A DNA stretch of 63,817 bases, the filler included, from Octopus bimaculoides (Eukaryota), in the NCBI RefSeq assembly GCF_001194135.2. It is 5 parts of 5 records of this genome, joined end to end, with 100 filler letters (N's around TTAATTAATTAA, not from the genome) between each part and the next. Parts side by side here need not be neighbours in the genome. Positions count along the whole stretch, not along the records: positions 19,828 to 38,584 come from NC_068993.1; 4 more parts are not named here. One strand, 5' to 3'. The translations under genes and the position numbers were made by a program. Shown piece by piece: positions 25,146 through 36,416 of this stretch (position 1 is its first letter; the number at the start of each line of letters is the position of its first letter). The notes under the pieces were generated by a model. The model made no database searches and was not told where the DNA came from. It worked only from the letters and a program-made list of their open reading frames with translations.

Positions 25146-25979
25146 GGATCTTTCTGAATTGGCGGACGCCATTTTTTATTTATGTTTTATTTAGTGTGTT
25201 TTCTACCGAAACACTTTAAAACTTCGTATACTTGTATATTTTGTCTTATAGAACAGAGAAAAATGTTTATATTCGAAGTTGTTTCATGTTAAAAGTTGCT
25301 GTATTTCGGTAATTTCAACCAATCACTGACGTCTATTGAGGTGAAACCAATTACTGCTGTGGAATGAAAACAACACGTTCTAGCGGTGTAATGGGATCTT
25401 TTCCCTTGAATAAAATTAGTGCCGTTGTTTGTCAACAACAACTATCGGAGGTACTGTTATTTATGACATCGTTCGTGCGTTTGTACTGGTTTTAGCTTTA
25501 GGGTTTTAGGGTTCGGGTTTTAGGGTTAGGGTTTTAGGGTTAGGGTTTTAGGGTTAGGGTTCGGGTTTTAGAATTAGGGTTAGGGTTAGGGTTATGAGTA
25601 TTTTTGCCAAACCTTAACCCTAACCAGTACAAAACCAGTACAAACGCACGAACGATGTCATAAATAACAGTACCGCCGATAGTTGTTGTTGACAAATAAC
25701 GAACGGCACTAATTTTATTCAAGGGAAAAGATCCCATTACACCGCTAGAACGTGTTGTTTACCTTCCATAGCAGTAATTGTTTTCACCTCAATAGACGTC
25801 AGTGATTGGTTGAAGTTACCGAAATACGACAATTTTAACACGAAATAACTTTAAAAAGATAAAATTTTCTCAATAACACTAAGAGTAAAAGATGTTTTAT
25901 ATGACACATTCTACCAGTGTCCCAAGTTTAAAGTGTTTCATTAAGAAAACAAGTGGCGCCCGCCAAATCAGAAAGATCC
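25146..25979. repeat. ~830-bp palindrome (foldback/MITE-like) with central telomeric repeats
   Basis: Arm 25146-25495 is the reverse complement of about 25631-25979 (for example gttcgtgcgtttgtactggtttt / aaaaccagtacaaacgcacgaac, and ggatctttctga.ttggcgg.cgcca at the outer ends). Confidence 0.9.
25497..25625. repeat. Interstitial telomere-like array: (TTAGGG/TTTTAGGG/TTCGGG)n, spacer, then inverted CCCTAA
   Basis: 13 GGG runs at 25497-25593; aaccttaaccctaacc at 25610-25625. Confidence 0.9.
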
Positions 25980-26179
25980 TAGTTTGTTATATCAAATATC
26001 CTAAATGTGTCTGAAAACAAATTTGCAAAACTTGGAAGAAATTTAACAAGTCCCTCTTCTTCAACTAGCGTATCTGGTAGTACAGGGTTTCCCAAAAGTC
26101 ACTGACGGGTTTCAATTTTTAACAACTTCCTTAACTTTACAAATAAATGCATGAAATTTTGATACAATATAAAGGACAT

Positions 26180-26490
26180 AGTGGAAGCGCAATGGTCTAG
26201 TGGTTAGGGCAGCGGACTCGCGGTCGGAGGATCGCGGTTTCGATTTCCAGATCAGGCGTTGTGTGTATTTATTGAGCGAAAACACCTAAAGCTCCACGAG
26301 GCTCCGGCAGGAGTGGTGGCGATCTCTGTTGTACTCCTTCGCCCCAACTTTCTCTCTCTTTCTTCCTGTTTCTTGAGTAAAGCTGCGATGGACTGGCGTC
26401 CCGTCCAGCTGGGGGGAGGGGGGAACACATACGCCATAGAAACCACGAAACCGGGCCCATGAGCCTGGCTAGGCTTTAAAAGGGCGCATA
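26180..26490 (+). mobile_element. tRNA-derived SINE family D
   Basis: GGAAGCGCAATGGTCTAGTGGTTAGGG..GGTTTCGATTTCC head; tail gaaaccgggcccatgagcctggctaggctttaaaagggcgca. Confidence 0.7.
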
Positions 26491-26569
26491 AATAAAAATA
26501 AAGGACATAATGGAAATTAATATGCACAAGTCAAATTTTGCAACATCACTACATTACATATGAAAAAGT

Positions 26570-26710
26570 GATTTTTTCTTGTGGGGAGAGTTTATGTGAA
26601 CAAACCGGAGACCTTGGTGCAACTGAAGGAGAACATCAATAGAGAAATCAGAGAAGTAGGGTCTGAAACTCTTGAGGGTGTTATGGTGTAAGTTCTGGAA
26701 AGAGAACGGG
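26570..26710 (+). mobile_element. Tc1/mariner transposase C-terminal fragment
   Basis: DFFLWG..RVYVNKPETLVQLKENINREIREV. Confidence 0.65.
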
Positions 26711-27037
26711 TCTTAGCTTTATAATTGAACGGTTGAAGATTCGTAGGTCAGTTCCACAGCTGTTGTAAATCCCCAAGGTTGGTATCCCTTTCAGTACATT
26801 AGTACACATCACTGTAAAAGAGGAGCTGCTTTATACATAACTTCTAAAGACATTGATTAATATTACCACCACCACCACCACCACCAATAGGCCGGTGGGA
26901 CTTTCGGACAACTGTCCAGTGTTCCTTAAGATGACACTATGTAGTGTTTCAACCTTTTGTATGGGGGAAATGTAATAAATTTAGGGGATAAAAGGTATCG
27001 GGCATGACTGCTTCCTAATGTCAACGTCATCCATACG

Positions 27038-27089
<52 letters not shown>

Positions 27090-27379
27090 TTGTACTCCTT
27101 CGCCCCAACTTTCTCTCTCTTTCTTCCTGTTTCTTGAGTAAAGCTGCAAAAGAGCGTGCAAAAACAGACACTCATATACATACGCATATACAAACGCACA
27201 CACACGCAAGCACGTACAAACATATACACACTCACGCACTTATAGACACGAACATATACATACATTTTCCAACGATGAGTATTCAGTTGTTTAACAAACT
27301 GAACTATCCGTCTCCCTGACTTAGCTTACGAGTGGCCGGGTATTCCACAGACAGGTCTACTCTTAAATTAATTCTCGGA

Positions 27380-27620
27380 TCAACTGGTGCTCCGTTGGTT
27401 ATGACGACGAGGGTTTCAGTTGATCCGGTCAACAGAACAACCTTCTCGTGAAAATGACGTGCAAGTGGCTGAGCACTTCACAGACACGCGTACCCTTAAC
27501 GTACTTCTCAGGGAGATTCAGCATGACACAGAATGGGACAAGGCTGGCCCTCTGCCAAGAATCGAACTCACGATTTTACGACCGTGAGCTGAATGCCATA
27601 ACCACTAAGCCACGCCCCTT
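27380..27620 (-). mobile_element. SINE family C, internally deleted
   Basis: aatcgaactcacga..accactaagccacgccc head; gtggctgagcac..cagacacgcgtacccttaacgta body, shared with 52255-52545 and 57215-57490. Confidence 0.75.
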
Positions 27621-28541
27621 CACTTAATTCTCAGATGGAATCAACGCGACAAATGCATCAAGGCTGAACTTTCGAATTATGGGTACAATCTACCCAACAG
27701 GCTTCCATATAATTCCGTCTACTCACTTGCTATTGGCCGATTCGAAGCATAGTAAAAAAACCTTGTCCAATATACCAGGCAGAGAGACCGAACTCTTGAT
27801 CTTGTGATTCACAAGCGAAACTTCTTAACAATTCGATTAGTTAATGTGTTGGAGAAAGTGGTTTGAATGTGCTAAACGATTATGAGAATCCACCCTCTCT
27901 CACATGCACACCACGTTTCCCAGTATTTATTGACCATACATACTAAAACGTCTGCTGTTGTTAAATGTTGTTAAATGTTGCCAGCTGATAAAGGATTCCT
28001 GTAAAGTTCAGATTAGATGTGTTTTGTCTGCCTTTACTAAGTCACCACACCCAATAATAAAATCCTATGCTGTTTCATAGGTTTCAATGGTTGTGAATTC
28101 ATTCGTATGCAAATATTGGTTACCTTTATTTTTCTCACGCGAGGAAGAAAGCATTTTGTACTTAAGGGATTCAATTTCTATAAGAAAAATTATGTACTCT
28201 GCATATTTATTTCGCACACACACACATACACACACACGCATCGAAATAATATATATATATGTGTGTGTGTATGTGTGTGTGTGCGTGTGTGCGCGCGAGC
28301 GCGGGTATGTGTGTGCGTAGGTGTGCGTATGTGTGTTTGTATGTGTGTGTGTGCGCGTGTGTGTATGTATGTGCGTGTGTGTATGTATATACACATGGAT
28401 ATGGATATGTACATATATGTGCGTATGTATGTATGTATATAATGTTAGCATATTATATATAAAAACAGTGTAATAGAAGGATTACTCAGTTGTTTTTAGT
28501 AGAGTACATATTTATTAAACTTTCACTAGGAAAAGATTTAA

Positions 28542-28581
28542 AGTAACTTCGAAGTTTCGACTTACTTGCCTTCATTAGACT
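28542..28581 (-). ncRNA. Hammerhead-like motif with G5A core change (probably inactive), in a PLE-repeat-like remnant
   Basis: AGT-CTAATGA-A-GGC(AAGTAA)GTC-GAAA-CTTCGAAGT-T-ACT; helix III is the palindrome ACTTCGAAGT. Confidence 0.45.
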
Positions 28582-28873
28582 GTGCTATATTTGTTTTTAT
28601 TTTAGCTTCATAAGTCTTTAACAAGTTGACTTTTACGGTCAAGTCAAGCGTGGAAGTATATGTGTGAAGAGGTACACCAAATTTGAGTCACAGTTATTCT
28701 TTGTATAGCAAAAATTGTTTTTTGTTGTTTTAAAGTTCACAAAAGAATGTTTGCAGATATATTAGTTTCGACCAGCATATTTCAAACTGAAGTTAAATTG
28801 GGTTGTGTATTTTGGAAAGATTAGGTGTGAAAGACTTTGTTACAAAAATATTTATTGAATTTTTTGGTCTGTA

Positions 28874-29120
28874 CGAGGGCAGGCTAAAAAGTTCATAGGC
28901 TGGCTATGAAGGAGTGATTCTAGAGCTGTGAGATTTTGCATGTGAGCTGTGAGATCTCTTTTTATTAGTAACTGCAATATTTCTTTCCAGGTAAAATGAC
29001 ATCTGATTGCTCAAAGAAGACTTCAAAAGCGACTAGTAACGACTTCTCTGGAAAAGGAGAAAATTTGGTATCGTAGTGTTACCAGGTACCTGCAGAAAAA
29101 AGGGTTTAGCTCCCAAGATA
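28874..29120 (+). mobile_element. Mariner 5' end (TIR plus transposase start)
   Basis: TA|cgagggcaggctaaaaagttcataggctg; EKEKIWYRSVTRYLQKK resembles a mariner HTH N-terminus. Confidence 0.6.
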
Positions 29121-29297
29121 GCAATACATATGCATATCTAAACTTACATGTACACACGTATCTGCCCGTGTATCTCTCTATGTACTTATGTAAACCAATA
29201 AAGAACATACTATTATGTATACATGTGTATATACATATATTTGTATACATAAATATCTAAATCCTAAGTTCACTCAACTACGCGGTGTCACTCATAT

Positions 29298-29364
<67 letters not shown>

Positions 29365-29459
29365 CGTGTGTATGTGTGTATCCCTGCACTTCCATTAAGC
29401 ATAAATGATGTTAAATACCATTTTCACCATTAACTAAGCTGTATCCCTTCCAGGGGTCC

Positions 29460-30690
29460 AACACTTTCTAATTAGTTAAACACGGGATAAACACGTTCTG
29501 TTTGATGACTTCAATGCCAAAATCTGGAAAGTAGGAGGTTATGGGAAAACATTATGAGAAAACAAGGAACTGGGAATTGCAATGCAATTGGATTACTTCT
29601 TATACTGATGATAGTGTAGGAACTCTTTATCACCAACACAAGTCCCGATATCCAAACTAGATGTTATCATCACCAAGACACCAAGAAATGCGAGCGACAG
29701 TTGGACAGAACATCAGTGAGCTCCAAGTCTCAAACAGCTGAAAATCACCAATCCACACAGCAAACCTGTCCAAGAGAAAATTCAACATTTTGAAACTTCT
29801 CGACGAAAGACACGTTGAAGTATTCCAAGATGTCATCAATGAAGAATTGACCAATAATATTGTCAATCCCCAAAATTAAAGTAAGAATTGATCACACACT
29901 GAAACATTAACACAGAAAAAAACTATCGGTTTTGCAAAATGAAGAATCCGGATTGGTTTGAGGACTGCAATGAAGAAATAACTCGTTTCTTCAATCTTAA
30001 AAGAGAAAACCATGTTTCCTTTAAACAAGATTTAAAATCCATTGTGAAAGAAATCCGTCTACAGTACTTCAAGCGAAAGCTTCCATCTCAACTCCTTCGG
30101 CCCACGAACAACTGGTGACAAAAATTGCTAAAGAACTTCAGAAATACATAGGTGGATGAGACAAGCAAATCTCTCATGCGGAAACCGATTAGTATACGGG
30201 AATATCAGCATTCTTAAACGGGAATTCTATCATTGCAAAAAACTTTCTTCAAAACGTACTCCCAAATCCTCCACAACTTATACAGCCATCACTAGTGTGC
30301 TTCCAAAGTATTCGAAAACGGACAATTTAACTCTGGAACTCATTCATAATGGCGGTTTACTTTTAAAAGTACGAAAAACTCTGATGATTTGAAAAATTCC
30401 ATCATCATTCACTGGCAACACCTGTGGTAACTCGCGGTACCTGAGGTCACTCGTAGCACCTGTGATAATTCGACTAGTTTGGGTAACTACCATTGTGGAA
30501 GATTCCAACTTGTCATCGCAGGAAGTCTTTCTTGAAATCGTGTTTGACTGTCTCCAACATATCTCTCAGAAAATCTTACCTGAGTCACGATGTCATGTTT
30601 GGACAAATTTCTCACCAGAAGAATATCTCGGGAGAGTAGACTAAAATAAAAATTGCGTACTCGCTCCAACACTATTGTCTCTGTATCAGG
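29460..30690 (+). mobile_element. Decayed RTE LINE (APE to start of RT) with an inverted internal segment at 30400-30690
   Basis: Plus strand: DDFNAKI..GTGNCNAIGLLL..KNPDWFEDCNEEI..ELIHNGGLLL. Minus 30400-30690: SLLSRDILLVRNLSKH..FQE (RT domain 1-2-like). Confidence 0.6.
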
Positions 30691-31623
30691 TAACCATATT
30701 CTATGAACTATCTTTTTGATGAATGAAATTTTAACTGTTCACACTCCGATCATAAAAACTGGCCGATGTCACACAAATCTTAGAACAGCAGCAAACTGAT
30801 GCCAGCTCAAAGCCTTATGAAGACGAAGCATACAGAGAAATGACCCGCTATCTGTTTGATTCCTAGTCTAAGTACTGACTGTAATTGTGGGATTCACTCT
30901 CTCTCTCAGCCCTCTTTAGCTTGACAGCTTCATATTTTCCAGCATTAAATCACATGTTGCTGTCTTCAGCCCTCTTATATTGCGTTCAATTCTTATTTGG
31001 AGTTATGAGGTATCACCATGGCCTTGGACTGTCTGATGTCTAAATTACTTTTCTATCACAAGTTGGTGAGAATGGCTGTTCGTAGAATCAATGAAATGTC
31101 TGATAAATCCATTACAAACAACAATGATCTCAAGACATTTCTTTGACAGTTTTCACTCCCTATTAATATGTCAGCTAAGCTGGTTCCATTTTTGGCAACA
31201 ACCTAACTTCTAAATGTAAATACATGTGTATTTGCGTGTGTGCCTGTACACATATACGTAAATATCATCAGTGTTTGAATACTCTCTTTCATTCTATACA
31301 GAGGTACTCTTTATAAACTCATAATTACCTATGTTTTAAGTAATTCGAATAGAATGATTTGCATACATAATGCACTCTAGGCAGCTGGTTCAATAAATAA
31401 GTCACTGGTTTGTTAATAGTGCATTGTTTCATTGCTATATTATAGTACAGAATATATCTGTAGATTTTAACCAACACTGTGTAGCTGGAAAGGAGAGGCC
31501 AATCAGGTGAGTTTCCTGCGTTGGGATCTCATGAGAGACACTGTACCCTCCTTCTGCATAAAAACCTACTACTGCTAGTGCATATTATACATATATAAGG
31601 CAAATTACACACACGGGCGCGCG

Positions 31624-31687
<64 letters not shown>

Positions 31688-31717
31688 AACACATATGCAT
31701 ATATATANNNNNNNNNN

Positions 31718-31755
<38 letters not shown>

Positions 31756-31964
31756 AACACATATGCATATATATATATATATATATATACGAAAAAGTCC
31801 TGTGAAATTCGTGAAGGTAGAGTCAGTAGATCTAGTGGTAATCCGGTTGGAGTGCTGGCATATGGATGAGGAGCGCTGGAAGTTCGAGAAGTGGTTCAGA
31901 TATGCAAGTCCAAAGAGTAGGATGTTCAGTCAGGATCAAATTGGGGTAACCACGTGAGCGTATA

Positions 31965-32140
31965 ATATATAGTTGAAATTTATAGAAAAACAAAAGACGA
32001 AGACAGGTGTATGAATAACAAGCAAATGTATTAGTTTGACGCTCGAGAAAAAAAAAATGAAAAGGTCTTTTTCGTATCGAGGCTACGCTCTTCAACAGAA
32101 AGGAATAAGAGAAAATAAACAGAGAAAAAACGAAAGAAAC
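31965..32140 (-). repeat. Second copy of the 185-452 PLE-like repeat with decayed hammerhead-like motif (32067-32102)
   Basis: revcomp CTTT-CTGTTGA-A-GAGC-GTAG-CCTC-GATA-CGA-A-AAAG; ends at a TA-rich tract. Confidence 0.65.
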
Positions 32141-33015
32141 TTTGGAACTTGAGAAAAATCTTACATATTTTTACTGTTCCACTCACAGATTGCACTTGTA
32201 ATGTACGAATTATCCAGTCGATTTCTCTTTCTGAAAATCCCAGTTTATCCAGATTCTCCTTTACATATTTACTAACAAAACCTAGTGCTCCAATTATTAT
32301 TGGTATGAATATGAATTCATAGTCTGGATACAGAAGTTGGAGGTTTCGAAGCAGTTGTCCATAGATATCCTCTTTTTCGTTGATTTTCAAAGAGACATTT
32401 ATATCTGCAGGGCAGCTAACCTCTATGATGGTACATACATTTGCCCCTCTGTCCCAAACAACAATATTCGGCCTGAAGTTTTGGTGGGAATATTCCACCA
32501 GTATTCCTTGAGTTGGTGTTTATGAATGTATTCCATAACAGAGGGATTTGCTATGTTTATTTCAGGACAGTCTATTTTGCGGATGACATTGTCTATTGCT
32601 TTAGCAACAACATCGTGCGCATAAGGAGTTAGTACCATGATGACACTTTAGGACAGCTGCTAATCACATGCGTAATGTCTTCCACTGAAACATGACGTAA
32701 CCTACACGTTCGGTTGCACCTTGGGATTACAAGATTGTCACTGTCTCTCTTGTTCACCAAGTACTTTGTGGCAATCTTCTGTCCCTAGATTGCAAACGCA
32801 TAGCCTTCAAAGTGTGATGTAATATAGCGGTCTAGTGTACAAGAGAGGCTACGCTTCGTGTCAATTCCACTGTCTTCTTCAGGCTTCCGGGCAACATACT
32901 CGTGCATGGTCTTTTTTTTGTTTTTTGTATGCTGAGTGCTTTCCATCCAGGTCTTCTCTGAGGTAAGAAAGCCCAACTGTTTTGGGGCTGTAAAGAAGAT
33001 CATCAAGAAGAGAGT
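32140..33015 (-). mobile_element. 'CATA family' REL LINE, second long copy
   Basis: ORF 32031-32498 RPNIVVWDRGANVCTIIEVSCPADINVSLKINEKEDIYGQLLRNLQ, near-identical to 21211-21591. The 5' junction abuts (CATA)n on its sense strand. Confidence 0.88.
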
Positions 33016-33074
33016 GGATGTATGTATGTATGTATGTATGTATGTATGTATGTATGTATGTATGTATGTATGTA

Positions 33075-33121
<47 letters not shown>

Positions 33122-33216
33122 GTAAGCAATGTCTATGAATTGCCAAAAAGGTCAGGCAGTCTGGAGAAACCGCAAAACATAACCTAGTACTAGGCGTTCT
33201 TTTTTGNNNNNNNNNN

Positions 33217-33296
<80 letters not shown>

Positions 33297-34564
33297 TATA
33301 TAAATGCACACATACATATATTGTTGGCTAAAAACTATCCTTCTACTCAGTTGTACAGTATAATATTGAAACAAAAAATTGTCACACCTACATGGTAGAG
33401 AAGACATTTAATGAGACACGAAGGTATTATATTCACTTCGAATTTAAAGTTATTTCATTAAATGCCAAAGTTTTCATTGCATAACAGTGACCAGGTCACA
33501 CACACACTTCCACTACAACTATATCAGCGATCATGTCGCAGGTGCGCAACGAAAATTCTTACACTTTATGAAATAATTTTATAATCAAAGAAAATTATAA
33601 CAAATTTATGTCTCAGATCAAGACCGTTTCGGACTCGCAGCCAAGAAGCCATTTGCTTGCCAATCAACGTATTTGGTTTACATAAGTCTTTAGAAACCAT
33701 AGGTTTATAAGTAGTGATAGTGTAGTAACAAAAAAATACAAAAGAAAACTAGCTTAGTTGATCTATCTTTTTTTTTGTATCTTCGAAGATATTTTAAATA
33801 AAAGCACAATGTCAAACACAATTATTTCATACGGAGTCGGCTNNNNNNNNNNNNNNNNNNNNNNNNNNNNNNNNNNNNNNNNNNNNNNNNNNNNNNNNNN
33901 NNNNNNNNNNNNNNNNNNNNNNNNNNNNNNNNNNNNNNNNNNNNNNNNNNNNNNNNNNNNNNNNNNNNNNNNNNNNNNNNNNNNNNNNNNNNNNNNNNNN
34001 NNNNNNNNNNNNNNNNNNNNNNNNNNNNNNNNNNNNNNNNNNNNNNNNNNNNNNNNNNNNNNNNNNNNNNNNNNNNNNNNNNNNNNNNNNNNNNNNNNNN
34101 NNNNNNNNNNNNNNNNNNNNNNNNNNNNNNNNNNNNNNNNNNNNNNNNNNNNNNNNNNNNNNNNNNNNNNNNNNNNNNNNNNNNNNNNNNNNNNNNNNNN
34201 NNNNNNNNNNNNNNNNNNNNNNNNNNNNNNNNNNNNNNNNNNNNNNNNNNNNNNNNNNNNNNNNNNNNNNNNNNNNNNNNNNNNNNNNNNNNNNNNNNNN
34301 NNNNNNNNNNNNNNNNNNNNNNNNNNNNNNNNNNNNNNNNNNNNNNNNNNNNNNNNNNNNNNNNNNNNNNNNTACATTTATATCTATATATATAGTTATA
34401 TATATATAGATAAAACTTACTTGAAAGAGGACGCGTGACGTTCAATTATATAGTTATATAAATAATATAAATATGTACATGCATATATGCATACGTATAT
34501 GTACATACATCTATACGTATATATACATATATATGCATATGTGGGCACAGGACATCACTAAACG

Positions 34565-34599
<35 letters not shown>

Positions 34600-34708
34600 A
34601 TTGTTCTATTTGGGAATGGTCATGTTTCCGGTTTATCCAATAAAATCACACGCACTATATATTTGGTATTAATTTGCTTCAGCTTTATTTTACATTAGTC
34701 GTATTTCA

Positions 34709-34763
34709 GCCAGAGTTCTTTCGTCACATTTCTGTCACACTTCTGTGACCTCATCAGTGGTCC
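34709..34763 (-). ncRNA. Hammerhead ribozyme, second copy, with 11-nt duplication in stem II loop
   Basis: GGACCA-CTGATGA-G-GTCACA(GAAGTGTGACAGAAA)TGTGAC-GAAA-GAACT-C-TGGC; core intact. Confidence 0.65.
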
Positions 34764-34885
34764 TTTGCTTTCTTCTTTCTTTTTTGTGTGCCTTTCCTTA
34801 CTAACGATCAGCCATTTTGTATTTTGTATTCCTATTTTGTCTTTATTTGCGCATGCATATCCCCCTATGTGTGTCTATGTTTAGT

Positions 34886-34924
<39 letters not shown>

Positions 34925-35129
34925 GGGAGTGCCTGTATTATCTGTATCCTCTGTTTATACACGTTCGTTCAATTTGTTTTTATTTATTTGTTCATGTGTT
35001 TATACCTACTCATTATTTTTTCTATTCTTTCTCTTTTTTTTTGTATTCAATTTAATTTTGTTAACGCATATAGTTATTTAATTCTATTTGTTTATCTGTG
35101 TATTGTATTATATTTTGTTCATATTGTTA

Positions 35130-36416
35130 TCAGTTTACGGGGATTTTATTGTCATATGTTGTGGTGTGTTGGGGGTGTGTGCTAGTGTTCCATTCCAGTT
35201 TCCTATTCAGGCTAGGTTTATCTTCTATTATGTGTGTAGCTTCTGTAATTTGTCTAAGCGTTGCGTCTGTTCCATGTGTGGACAAGGTTTTAACTTCTAT
35301 ATTGTTGAGTGAGCCTCTGTGTTCCTGCTCAGGGCTAAATCTACATACAGTACAGTTCCTATCAGTACAGGGGGTTCTACTAAAAGGGTAGGTTCTACCG
35401 ATAAGGGATTTGATAGGGTTGCCTGGCCTTTCAACAACCTTAATTCTTAGCTTAAGTTTGTCTAGGGCCCTTCTAAAGCGGTACGTCAATTCGCCTCTAG
35501 GGGTGATGTCGACGAACATGACACTCTGGTATTTGTGGCTATCATACCATGAGTTGGCCTTCCCTATTTTCTTCTTAATCCTTTCAATTGTGTTCCATGA
35601 CTTGCTCCTATGGAGTGGACAAATCCCATTCCTATCATTACGTTTGATAGTTTCAAATTTCCTCATAGCTTCTTTGTATACCCTGATCCTTTCTTTATGG
35701 CTGAAACCTGAGAACTGCATGCGGTGAACGAAATGTTGTACATGTCTCTTTAACTCTGTAGGGTTGCACATGCAGGACACATTTCGCATTACTCTGACGA
35801 GGTCTGCCATCAATATATTGAATTTGGCATTGTCCGCGATAGCTGAGTTTCGGTGGATCAGATATTTGGAGGTCATAGGTTTTGTATAGTGTGAATGGCG
35901 GATTCGGGTTTTATTATTCTCAGTTTCCAGCCAGAGTTCTGTGTCTAGTACTGGTAGTCTATGGTTAGGGTGTTCAGTAGGGTAGTCTATCGTGACCTTG
36001 ATACTCTGGTGGATGGAGTTAGCTATTTGCTGGATGCTCTCCATAGTATTAGTCTCTATTTCTATTTCAAGAGTACTCTCTTGTGGGAGTGCCTTTACCA
36101 CTACGTTGATATCATCGACATAGCGAGAGTACATGTTCACGAGTATGGAGTTCTGTGTCAGGCGTTCCTTAAGCCTTCTGTCCCACCATACTATGAAAAT
36201 GTTGGCCACATCACCGGCGATACTAACGCCGATGGCTGCTCCCTCGTCCTGGGCGTATATTTTGTTATTAAACTTAAACGTGTGACCTTTTAGGGTAACT
36301 CTTATACTAGCTCCTAGTGCATGTGCGATCATTTTCTTTACCTGATGAACATTTGCGGGGGTCCGTATGGCTCTGGTCCATCCGCTCCATCTCTCTATAG
36401 GGGTCTTCCTAGCCAT
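35130..36416 (-). pseudogene. PLE RT/thumb/linker reading frame (428 aa open segment) lacking the GIY-YIG core
   Basis: ORF track. About 180-190 bp present in copy A (about 19395-19575) is missing at ttcctgctcag|ggctaaatc. Confidence 0.85.

Noticed and set aside
31466-31514. Possible 43-nt micro-exon ending CAG|GTGAGT
   Set aside because: Good donor but weak acceptor, with no supporting neighbours.
33617-33662. CCGAAACGGTC half-motif on minus (similar remnant at 48050-48085)
   Set aside because: The 3' half looks hammerhead-like but the CUGANGA half is absent or needs several edits. At most these are decayed PLE repeats.
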